Origin: Bacteroidales bacterium
Lineage (GTDB): Bacteria > Bacteroidota > Bacteroidia > Bacteroidales > UBA12077
DNA: 57,905 nt
Reading direction: 5' to 3'
NCBI GenBank assembly: GCA_028282585.1
Contig: JANQHR010000151.1
Location: 1-57,905, forward strand
Shown here: positions 1 through 8,618 of the stretch, piece by piece
Numbering within the stretch: the first letter of the stretch is position 1
How the letters are laid out: every line of letters begins with the position of its first letter
Program-made: the position numbers and the translations under genes
The notes under the pieces: generated by a model
Seen by the model: only the letters and a program-made list of their open reading frames with translations
Told to the model about the DNA's origin: nothing
Databases searched by the model: none

Positions 1-1543
1 CCGCATTGGTAGAAGCCAGTGTGTTCCCATCAAGGCTTAAGTTGTCCGTAGCCACAACACCTGTTCCGTTTGGAGCTAAGGTGATGTTTCCGTCTACATT
101 AGTAGAACTGATTGTGTTAGCATCTATCTGGATGTTGTCAATTGTTAATGGTGCACCTGTTATATCCACACCCCCTGTAGCATTTAAGTTACCCGTTATA
201 TCTACATTACCAGAACCAGCAAGGATGTCCACAGCAGTAGTTCCGGTGTTATTACCTATGGTTACAGTTCTACCTGCAGTTGCTGCAGTACCAATATTTA
301 CATTTCCATCTACCGCATCGGAGGCAACATTGACAGCCCCAGTAGCTGAGTTGATGTCCACATCGCCAGCCGTATTAGCATCAATGGTAATACCGGCAGA
401 AGTTGCAGAAGTTATATTAACACCATCCTCACCGGTTACAGTAAGTGCACCGGCAGAAGTGGTTACATTTGAAGCACCATTAGCATCTAAGCTGAAGGTT
501 GAACCATCTACGGTTAAATCACCGTTAAGGTCCGTATTTGTAGCAACGGTTAAATCAGCCCCTATAACATCAATACCATTATTTGCATCAAGGTTTTCGG
601 TAAAGTCTGCTTGTTCTGTAACCAGGAGTGTACCTTCCACTGTGGTAAGGACCGTAGAAGCAGCTAGGTTTACAATACCATCTGCATTTAAATCGCCAGT
701 TGTAGAAATATCATCACCCGAATTAGAAGGGGATAGCGTAGTTCCTGTACGGTTCCAGAATCCTAATGTGCCATTGTTAGGAATTGTGGTGGTTAATTGT
801 CCACCTGTAGTTGTATAAACTCCACGATCTGCGGTTAAACCAGTATTTGGAATATTACTTAATAATGACCAGCTTGGAGCTCCGGCATCCGTATTCATTA
901 ATATTTCTCCTGTTGTAGAGCTTGGAGGTAGTAGATTTATAGAACCTGTTCCATTACCGTAAAGGAGGTTATTAGCGGTAATAGAAGATAGCCCTGTTCC
1001 ACCATACGTAACTTCAACAACATCGGCTTCCCAGGTTCCGGTTCCTATTGTTCCTAATGTGGTAATTGAGGCTTGTCCCACATAAGTGCCGGCTATATCA
1101 ATAATTGGATTGGCAGCATCTGTTTTATCAATAGTGACTCTGTTGGCAGTACCAAAAATATCATTTATTCCTGTATCACCTGAAAAAAGTACTCTCCAAG
1201 TTGTTCCATCATAAATGTTAAGCTTGTTAGTTGTTGTATTATAAATAATTAATCCTGTTTCGGGAGAACCACCATTTATTAGATCTCTCTCAGCTTCTGT
1301 CATTCGTGGAGTTAAAAATCCCCTCTCTGTCGATCTTAACTCAAGAATAGCAGAATTGTGCGGAGTTATCAAAATTTCGCTAATTCCGACTCCTTGTTGG
1401 GCAAATATCTTTTGCCCGCTCAGCACCAGAAACAAGGTCAGTATTGTTAACACTAATTTTCCATGTACGATACCTTTTAGTTTTTCACTTCGGCTCCTAA
1501 CCTCCATACGAGCTCCTGAAGATGTTTTAAATTTTGTATCCAT
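1..1543 (-). CDS. Large secreted fibre/adhesin-like protein (phage tail-fibre-like beta repeats); partial, runs off the left edge
   Basis: Manual translation from ATG 1543 gives 514 stop-free codons: signal-like LVLTILTLFLVLSGQKIFA-Q, then GVGISEILITPHNSAILELRSTERGFLTPRMTEAERDLI..PETGLIIYNTTTNKLNIYDGTTW, TYVGQASITTLGTIGTGTW and T/G/N/D-rich repeats such as DNIQIDANTISSTNVDGNITLAPNGTG. It is absent from the ORF track because no stop lies in the window. Confidence 0.85.
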   Translation of the reverse strand, partial: MDTKFKTSSGARMEVRSRSEKLKGIVHGKLVLTILTLFLVLSGQKIFAQQGVGISEILITPHNSAILELRSTERGFLTPRMTEAERDLINGGSPETGLIIYNTTTNKLNIYDGTTWRVLFSGDTGINDIFGTANRVTIDKTDAANPIIDIAGTYVGQASITTLGTIGTGTWEADVVEVTYGGTGLSSITANNLLYGNGTGSINLLPPSSTTGEILMNTDAGAPSWSLLSNIPNTGLTADRGVYTTTGGQLTTTIPNNGTLGFWNRTGTTLSPSNSGDDISTTGDLNADGIVNLAASTVLTTVEGTLLVTEQADFTENLDANNGIDVIGADLTVATNTDLNGDLTVDGSTFSLDANGASNVTTSAGALTVTGEDGVNITSATSAGITIDANTAGDVDINSATGAVNVASDAVDGNVNIGTAATAGRTVTIGNNTGTTAVDILAGSGNVDITGNLNATGGVDITGAPLTIDNIQIDANTISSTNVDGNITLAPNGTGVVATDNLSLDGNTLASTNA

Positions 1544-2277
1544 GACTAGCCTCCTTATGATATTTTTCATTTTTTACGCTATTGGTGATTTGATTTGGAT
1601 TAAACAAATGGTAATTTGTTAATCTAAAAAAAGTATTATATTGATTTGATATTTTGTAGCTTATAAGAATTTCTTGTTTTAAAATAGGAAGAAAACCAAT
1701 AGAGAAAACTTTAGTCAATATTTGGATAATACATTGACCAAAGCTCTTTTCTAGTGTTTTTGCAAAAATGCTTAGACAACAAAGAGAAAAGCAAGTGTTA
1801 TTTTGGTTTAACCTCAATCGTTATATATATAGTCCTACTCTATACGCTCTATTGTTACAAATCCTTTCGATTTGCTTTTCAATAAAACCTCCGAATTTAC
1901 AAAAACTGTTAATAAAATGTTTGTAAATCTGGCTTTTATCCTTGAAATAATATAAAAATAATTAAATATCAACACTCTAGCAATAAATAGTATTTTTTTT
2001 GATATAAAATTTTAAGTAGAATAAAATTTAATGTTGAGTATTGAATAATTTAATTATCAGACTTTTAAATTAATAATGTGTACGTAAAAACAGTGTAAAA
2101 GTTATAAACATTACAGAAAAATTAATTTAATTAAGTGGTTGATTACTTGAATCCCTTCAGTTATTGATAAATTAAGGACAAAAAAGGTTGATATGCAATG
2201 AAAGTAGAAGGGTTGATTTAGGTATCCAAGAAAAAATCAATTTTTTATGTTATTTTGCACAACAAAAATTAGAACTT

Positions 2278-2988
2278 ATGCTAAAATATAAACGAATTCT
2301 TTTAAAACTGAGTGGAGAATCATTAATGGGTAATGTGGGTTATGGTATTGATTCGGAAAGACTTAATGAATATGCAGAACAAATTAAAGATTTGCATGAA
2401 GCAGGTGCACAGGTTGCAATTGTAATTGGTGGAGGAAATATTTTCAGAGGGATTTCAGGTGTGACAAGTGGGTTTGACAGAGTTAAAGGCGATCAAATGG
2501 GGATGCTTGCAACTGTTATTAATAGTTTAGCATTACAGTCTGCAATGAAAAACATCGGTTTAAAATCAATAGTTTATTCTGCAATAAGAATGGAACCGGT
2601 TGGGGAGCTTTATAGCAGAGATAAAGTTATTGAGAATTTGGAACAGGGAACTGTTGCGATTCTTTCCGGGGGTACAGGTAATCCATTTTTTACCACAGAT
2701 ACTGCATCGGCTCTAAGGGCTGTTGAGATTGGGGCAGAAATTATGTTGAAAGGAACTCGAGTTGATGGTGTTTATACTGCTGATCCTGAAAAAGATCCAA
2801 ATGCTACAAAGTTTAATACTATTACATTTGATGAAGTTATTAAAAAGGAACTAAATGTAATGGACCTAACAGCATTTACGATGTGCAAAGAAAACAATTT
2901 ACCCATTTATGTTTTTGATATGAATAAAAGGGGAAATTTGTTAAAAGTTTTAAATGGAGAAGAAATAGGCACATTCGTAAGTAAGTAG
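2278..2988 (+). CDS. pyrH: UMP kinase
   Basis: KYKRILLKLSGESL, VIGGGNIFRG, GDQMGMLATVIN, GTGNPFFTTD motifs. Start moved to ATG 2278. Adjacent to frr. Confidence 0.97.
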   Translation: MLKYKRILLKLSGESLMGNVGYGIDSERLNEYAEQIKDLHEAGAQVAIVIGGGNIFRGISGVTSGFDRVKGDQMGMLATVINSLALQSAMKNIGLKSIVYSAIRMEPVGELYSRDKVIENLEQGTVAILSGGTGNPFFTTDTASALRAVEIGAEIMLKGTRVDGVYTADPEKDPNATKFNTITFDEVIKKELNVMDLTAFTMCKENNLPIYVFDMNKRGNLLKVLNGEEIGTFVSK

Positions 2989-3021
2989 AATTCTTAAGAT
3001 TTCAGATATCAGTTTTTTTTT

Positions 3022-3029
3022 TAAATTTG
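3022..3029 (+). promoter_or_regulatory. Bacteroidota sigma-A -7 element (TAAATTTG) upstream of frr
   Basis: Exact TAnnTTTG match 34 nt before the frr ATG. Confidence 0.55.
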
Positions 3030-3063
3030 TTGCTACAATACCCTAACCCTAAAATTTGAAGTT

Positions 3064-3627
3064 ATGACTGAAGAAGTTCAATTTGTTATAGATTCAGCCA
3101 AGGAAAGAATGGATAAGGCAATTAACCATCTGGAATTAGAACTTGGTTCGTTAAGAGCAGGAAAGGCAAATCCAAGGATGCTTGATACTGTTATGGTTGA
3201 TTATTATGGAAACCAAACTCCAATAAACCAGGTTGCAAATATAGGTACTCCGGACCCTAAAACGATTGCTATACAACCTTGGGAAAAAACTATGATAGAG
3301 CCAATTGAAAGAGCTATCATTAATGCGAATTTAGGTTTTGCCCCTATGAATAACGGCGAGATCATTAGAATAAATATTCCCGCTTTAACCGAAGAAAGAA
3401 GAAAAACCTTGGTAAAACAGGTTCATACAGAAGGTGAAAGCGCAAAGGTTAGTATCCGTAGTTCTAGAAAAGATGCAAATGATGAAATCAAACAACTGGA
3501 GAAAGATGGATTATCCGAGGACGAATCGAAAACTGCATCTGATGAGATTCAAAAAGTTACTGATCAATATGGCGAAAAAATTGATAAGATTGTAAAAGCT
3601 AAGGAAGAAGATATTATGAAAATTTAG
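3064..3627 (+). CDS. frr: Ribosome recycling factor
   Basis: LRAGKANP..LD.V.VDYYG..TP, IRINIPALTEERRK, K.EEDIM. Confidence 0.97.
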   Translation: MTEEVQFVIDSAKERMDKAINHLELELGSLRAGKANPRMLDTVMVDYYGNQTPINQVANIGTPDPKTIAIQPWEKTMIEPIERAIINANLGFAPMNNGEIIRINIPALTEERRKTLVKQVHTEGESAKVSIRSSRKDANDEIKQLEKDGLSEDESKTASDEIQKVTDQYGEKIDKIVKAKEEDIMKI

Positions 3628-3650
3628 ATTATCGTTTTATCAATATCAAT

Positions 3651-3681
3651 AATAAATAAAAGCAGCTCAACAAAGCTGCTT
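3651..3681 (-). terminator. Intrinsic terminator between convergent frr and the sensor operon
   Basis: AAGCAGCT-caacaa-AGCTGCTT hairpin with a T-rich tail on the minus strand. Confidence 0.65.
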
Positions 3682-3687
3682 GGTTCG

Positions 3688-4830
3688 TTAATTTTTATTT
3701 GAGATTTTTAAAGCTAAATCAATGTAATGAAAAATATCTTCTCGATGATGATTGATTTTAGTTTTACTTCTTTTATGACCTAAACGTACAAACACCATAT
3801 TTTTTTCAGGAATAATAACAATGTACTGGCCCAATATACCTCGAGCATAATAAAAATCAATCTTTTTATGCGATCCAATCCACCATTGATAACCATAAAA
3901 ACCAACCGGTTTATTTTCATTATCCACAAGAAAAGTTGACGGTGTTAAAGCTTCTTTTAAATAAGATTTAGAAACAATGCGTTTCCCATTCCACATTCCT
4001 TTATTTAAAACTAGCTGGCCAATACGAGCAAAATCTCTGGCGTTAGAATTAAAACAACAGAATGCTTTTTCGTCTCCATTTTCTTGATCCAAACTCCAGG
4101 TAGCATTATTTTTAGCTCCAAGTGGTTTCCACAGTTTTTCCGAAGTATATTCACTAATTGGTTTGTTCGTAGCTTTTTTTATTATAATACTTAATAGTTG
4201 AGTATTTGCTGTTATATATTCAAAATCTTCGGCCGGAGGTTTTATTGATTTAGCGTATAGAGCTAACTTATTAACATTTATTCCATAATAAGCTTTAGTT
4301 GTAACCGAAAATGGATTAAAATAGCTTTCGTTCCATTTTAAACCTGAACCCATGGTAAGTAAATCTCGGATGGTAATATTGTATTTTTTATTGTCAAATT
4401 CAGGAATGTATTTTGAGACCGGATCATCAACCGATCCAATTAATCCTTCATCAATGGCTATTCCAATTAATAAACTAACAATACTCTTTGCCATTGAGAA
4501 AGAACTTGACTTAGAATTTTCAGTATAATCATCCCAATAACTTTCAAATATTAAAGATGTATCTTCAATAACTATAAAAGCTGTGGTTTGAAAATGATCC
4601 ATTAGATGAATATCTTCAGAACTAAGCTGATATGTATTAAACTCAGGGGAAATTTTCCATGGCTGATGTTCTCCTTTTTCAACAGTTCGTTCCGGGAATA
4701 TTTTATAATCGGAAATATCAGCTGTGAAATAGTATATTGCTCGACGGAAATAGGGATTAGGCTGTATAAATAAAAATAAAAGCATGAAAATAATTGCTGC
4801 TGGCAAATAAATTTTTACAAGTTTTTTCAT
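3688..4830 (-). CDS. Serine hydrolase, beta-lactamase class C / 6-aminohexanoate-dimer hydrolase family
   Basis: SFSMAKS (SxxK), FEY..NT, ARDFARIGQL, YGYQWW, ARGILGQY; N-terminal membrane anchor. Confidence 0.88.
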   Translation of the reverse strand: MKKLVKIYLPAAIIFMLLFLFIQPNPYFRRAIYYFTADISDYKIFPERTVEKGEHQPWKISPEFNTYQLSSEDIHLMDHFQTTAFIVIEDTSLIFESYWDDYTENSKSSSFSMAKSIVSLLIGIAIDEGLIGSVDDPVSKYIPEFDNKKYNITIRDLLTMGSGLKWNESYFNPFSVTTKAYYGINVNKLALYAKSIKPPAEDFEYITANTQLLSIIIKKATNKPISEYTSEKLWKPLGAKNNATWSLDQENGDEKAFCCFNSNARDFARIGQLVLNKGMWNGKRIVSKSYLKEALTPSTFLVDNENKPVGFYGYQWWIGSHKKIDFYYARGILGQYIVIIPEKNMVFVRLGHKRSKTKINHHREDIFHYIDLALKISNKN

Positions 4831-6740
4831 CCTGTAGGTGATAATCTGTTTAAATATTTATTTAATACTGATAATAATATTTTAGGTTTTACCGGTTTTA
4901 CCAGATAGTCGTTCATACCCGAATCAAGGCCTTTGTCTATATCTCCCGGCATTGCATATGCAGTCTGTGATATAACAGGAATATCTTTATTTAATTTCTT
5001 GATTTGTTTCGTTGCCTCGTAGCCATCCATTTCGGGCATCTTTATATCCATGATAACAATATCAATATCATTATTCCTTTTAAATATTTCGACTGCCTCT
5101 TTACCGTTCATAGCCCTTAAGACTTTGGCTTTTGTAATTTTAAGTACTTCCTCAATATAAATTACATTGGCGGGTTCATCTTCAGCAATAAGAATAGTTC
5201 TGTTTGCCCAATTATAGTCTTCGGAAATGACAAGTGGTTTTTCAGGTTTCTCTAATTCTTTTAATTTATCGAAAGGTAACCCAAAATAAAAAGTTGATCC
5301 TTCTCCTAATATTGACTCTACCCAAATACTACCACCTAATAATTCAACTAAACTTTTACTTATTGCTAATCCCAAACCAGCGCCTCGATAGAGCCTGGTT
5401 TTATCATCTTCGATTTTAGTAAACCGATCAAAAACCAAATCTTTTTTCTTATGATCCATTCCAACTCCTGTATCTTTTACATAAAAAAGAATCTTTTCTT
5501 CATTCAATATTTCATATCCAAACTCTATAAAACCTTTTTCAGTGAATTTTACGGCATTATCAATCAGGTTAGTTAAAATCTGATTTAATCTTAAAGGATC
5601 AGTTTTAATAACAATATTTTGAGATCGGGCGTTTTCATTTAAAAGAATATCAATTTGTTCTTTGCCTTTGTGTTTTCTAATTTCAAAAAACGACTGTTGT
5701 ATTTCTTTTAAGGTTTGATTTAAGTTACATTCCTTTTTGTGAATCTTGATTTGACCTGCTTCAATTTTTGAAATATCAATAATATCATCGATTAACCTTA
5801 ATAAATTATCACCACCACTTCTTATTAGTTTTATAAAACTTTCTTTTTCACTTGGTGTAATCTCAGAATCAGGTACAGTAATTAATTCTGCAAAACCAAG
5901 TATAGCATTCATCGGAGTTCTGATCTCGTGAGACATATTTGCCAGAAAAGCCGACTTAAGTCTATCGCTTTCCTCTGCCTTTTCTTTAGCTTCTACCAGT
6001 TTTTTTTCTGCTTCATCTCGAGCTGCTTCACGATTTAGTATTTGCTGAAGCATTTCATTAAAGTTATCATAAAGAATTCCAATTTCATCATTGCTTTTAC
6101 TTTCTATTCTTACGCTGTAATCTCCTTCCCCCGAAATTTTCCTGGTTAGTTTTGCTAATTCCAATATCGGCTGGGATATTGGTTTTTGTAACCTGTTAGC
6201 AAGAATAAATGAAAACACAATCATTCCAATTAAAATTCCAAAAAGAATGAAAATATATTCTTTCATTTTTTCAGTTAATAATGAAGCATCAACTTCAATG
6301 ATAATAATACCATACCTGAAATTCTCATATACAATTGGGTGCTCTATTAATAAAGCGGATTTTGAGAAATTAGTTCTTGAAACTTCAAGTTCATCAGGAT
6401 TTTCATAAAGTGGATTAACAAAAATATCATCTGATTTTTTATAAAACGCAAATAAGACCCCATTACGATCGTATAGAGTTCCCTTATTTACTCCTGGAAT
6501 TGTTGATAGTTTTGATAAAATATTTTCAGCACCTTCATTATCATCAAAAGTAAGGGGCGCAACAACGTATTCGCCTATTAGTTTTGTATTCATGAGGTTA
6601 TTAAGTAACATTTCTTGTTTTAAACTCTTAATGTCACTTATTCCAACAAGCGTAAATCCAATAATCATGGTAACTGTACTTACAAGAAGTATAATTGTAA
6701 TGATTTTATTTTTAATCGATATTTTTTGAAATAGCTTCAT
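4827..6740 (-). CDS. Hybrid sensor histidine kinase (TM-CHASE8-like-TM-HAMP-HisKA-HATPase-REC)
   Basis: FLANMSHEIRTPMN H-box, LTNLIDNAVKFT, VKDTGVGM, GAGLGLAI, receiver ILIAEDE..MDIKMP. Periplasmic APLTFDDNEGAENIL..L...P.V....LYD.NG resembles the YfiN CHASE8 domain. Confidence 0.9.
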   Translation of the reverse strand: MKLFQKISIKNKIITIILLVSTVTMIIGFTLVGISDIKSLKQEMLLNNLMNTKLIGEYVVAPLTFDDNEGAENILSKLSTIPGVNKGTLYDRNGVLFAFYKKSDDIFVNPLYENPDELEVSRTNFSKSALLIEHPIVYENFRYGIIIIEVDASLLTEKMKEYIFILFGILIGMIVFSFILANRLQKPISQPILELAKLTRKISGEGDYSVRIESKSNDEIGILYDNFNEMLQQILNREAARDEAEKKLVEAKEKAEESDRLKSAFLANMSHEIRTPMNAILGFAELITVPDSEITPSEKESFIKLIRSGGDNLLRLIDDIIDISKIEAGQIKIHKKECNLNQTLKEIQQSFFEIRKHKGKEQIDILLNENARSQNIVIKTDPLRLNQILTNLIDNAVKFTEKGFIEFGYEILNEEKILFYVKDTGVGMDHKKKDLVFDRFTKIEDDKTRLYRGAGLGLAISKSLVELLGGSIWVESILGEGSTFYFGLPFDKLKELEKPEKPLVISEDYNWANRTILIAEDEPANVIYIEEVLKITKAKVLRAMNGKEAVEIFKRNNDIDIVIMDIKMPEMDGYEATKQIKKLNKDIPVISQTAYAMPGDIDKGLDSGMNDYLVKPVKPKILLSVLNKYLNRLSPTG

Positions 6741-7315
6741 TAATTTTCTTTTATCGGATTTACAATTTTTGCTGAGTTTAGTAAATAAAAACTCATTTGT
6801 AAAGGTGATTGTAATACTGCAGTTTCATTTATCTCAAAACGCAGCTTATTTCTATCTTCATAAAAATTAATAAGTACTCCTTTTTCAGCAAAATTAGGTG
6901 CTTCGCTAATAGTTAGCACCGGTGATTTTTTCGTTAAAGCTAAAATGTTTTGCAGGTTTTTTCTTTCAGTTTCTGCGATGACTAATATATGAACATTTTC
7001 AATTTCATAAAGATTAGAAATACGTTTTACTTCTACTTTTTTATTATTGATTTTTTGGTTGGAATAAATTTGTTCCAGATTTTCGGTTAGTGGAGTTCTT
7101 CCGATTACCGCAATGATAAAAGGCAATTCAGGATTATCCATCCTTGATTCTTCAGGCCAACTAACAAAACGGGTGAATTTTTCGAGATAAACAGCTTTAA
7201 GTACATATACATTTGCTTGCGTAAATCCATACGCGGAGACAAACATCAGCATCAAAATAAGGATGATTTTTTTACAGAGTGTGTTATAATTATATGTTAA
7301 CTTTTTTGACGCCAA
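6740..7315 (-). CDS. yfiR: YfiR family periplasmic protein (DUF4154)
   Basis: LKAVYLEKFTRFVSWP, PVLTISE..FAEKG.LINF...NKLRFEIN...LQMS..LL..A pattern of the YfiR family. Confidence 0.85.
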   Translation of the reverse strand: MASKKLTYNYNTLCKKIILILMLMFVSAYGFTQANVYVLKAVYLEKFTRFVSWPEESRMDNPELPFIIAVIGRTPLTENLEQIYSNQKINNKKVEVKRISNLYEIENVHILVIAETERKNLQNILALTKKSPVLTISEAPNFAEKGVLINFYEDRNKLRFEINETAVLQSPLQMSFYLLNSAKIVNPIKEN

Positions 7316-7318
7316 GAA

Positions 7319-8614
7319 TTATTTTCCGTAATAAGTTATTTCTTTATATTCATTATTCTCAATTCCCCAAATAACAATCTTAGGAACTGGATCTCCATTG
7401 CAATCAAAATTTAAAGGGCCCGATGCACCCTCATAGTCGATTGTTTGTCCTTTTTCTATGATGTTTTTAGCAACATCAAATTCATTAACATTAATGATTA
7501 CAGGATCGGTAATAAAATCTACACAAAATTCAGAACCAGATATTTCCCTTAGAAACTCTATAATATCTTCTGGTTGTTTTGAACCCGCACGAAGTGTTGC
7601 ATATAAGACTGAATAAACAGCATCATAAGCATGTTCTGAAAACGTTGAAGGAGAAAAGCCAAATCTTTCAATATAATTTTCCTTATATATATTATAGTTA
7701 GCATTACCTTCATTAGTACTAGTTATGCCTATTATAGTTTCTAAAATCTCAGGATTCCCATTAATTATAAGTTCTTCAGGAACTATTCCATCATTAAGAA
7801 AAAGTTTTGGTTTATTTTCAAGCTGTTGATATAGTTCATTATTATAAATTTCGTTTGTTAATATAGCAACCTCAGACGAGAAGGCAACTATAAATATAAC
7901 GTCAACCTCTTCACTAAGTAAGGTATTTAATTCATAACTGAAATTATATGATTCTAAATTTGGGACATTTCCAGGGTATAGTACATGATTCGTAACTTGC
8001 CCACCCAGTTCCTGGAAATTTTCTTTAATAATACTTGAAAGTCCCTGACCAAATCTATCGTCTCTGTAAAAAATTGCAGCTTTTTCATATTGAAGGGAAT
8101 CAAAACAGTATTGAGCGGATACTGTTCCAAATGTATGATCAGAAGGACACGTCCGCCAAATGAAGTCTTGATCATTTAACATAGTAAGCTCGGGCGTTGT
8201 CGCAGAGTAAGTCATCATTAATACTCCGTTTTCAATACATAATTCCGCCATTTCAATTGCCACGGAAGAAAATGTGGGACCTATTATTACGTTAACACCA
8301 TCATTAATTAGTTCGGTAGTAACTTTAATTCCTTCTTCAGGAGAACCTCCTGAGTTTTTAAAAATAAGTTCAATACTATAATTTGTATTGTTAATATTTA
8401 AACCTCCCATATGATTGATTTCTTCGCTCGCAAGTTTTGCTCCAAAAAACATGTTTTCAACTTGTTCTCTTAAAACAGAAACATCGCCAACAACTCCAAT
8501 TTTAATCGAATGATCATATTGAGGGATATTATAGTTTTCTTCAAGTTTTTCGCATCCAATCGAAAAAAGAAAAAACAAGAAAATTACCGATGCAATTAGT
8601 TTATGTTTTTTCAT
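7319..8614 (-). CDS. Type I (LIV-type) substrate-binding lipoprotein, orphan
   Basis: Lipobox FSIGC; GAKLASEEIN..GG, IIGP.FSS, WRTCPSD, AYDAVY, DYEGASG.LNFD.NGD. No permease or ATPase nearby. Confidence 0.8.
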   Translation of the reverse strand: MKKHKLIASVIFLFFLFSIGCEKLEENYNIPQYDHSIKIGVVGDVSVLREQVENMFFGAKLASEEINHMGGLNINNTNYSIELIFKNSGGSPEEGIKVTTELINDGVNVIIGPTFSSVAIEMAELCIENGVLMMTYSATTPELTMLNDQDFIWRTCPSDHTFGTVSAQYCFDSLQYEKAAIFYRDDRFGQGLSSIIKENFQELGGQVTNHVLYPGNVPNLESYNFSYELNTLLSEEVDVIFIVAFSSEVAILTNEIYNNELYQQLENKPKLFLNDGIVPEELIINGNPEILETIIGITSTNEGNANYNIYKENYIERFGFSPSTFSEHAYDAVYSVLYATLRAGSKQPEDIIEFLREISGSEFCVDFITDPVIINVNEFDVAKNIIEKGQTIDYEGASGPLNFDCNGDPVPKIVIWGIENNEYKEITYYGK

Positions 8615-8618
8615 AATG

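Noticed and set aside
6-818. 270-aa plus-strand ORF
   Set aside because: Antisense shadow of the minus-strand fibre gene (V/S/P/T-rich, no motifs).
1356-1817. Short ORFs 1356..1622 (+) and 1527..1817 (-)
   Set aside because: They overlap the real gene start and its structured leader; no protein features.
2994-3022. TAAGATT TCAGATA TCAGTTT 7-mers and T10 tract before frr
   Set aside because: Only three weak units with no partner arm; T runs are common at this AT content, so neither an element remnant nor phase variation is supported.
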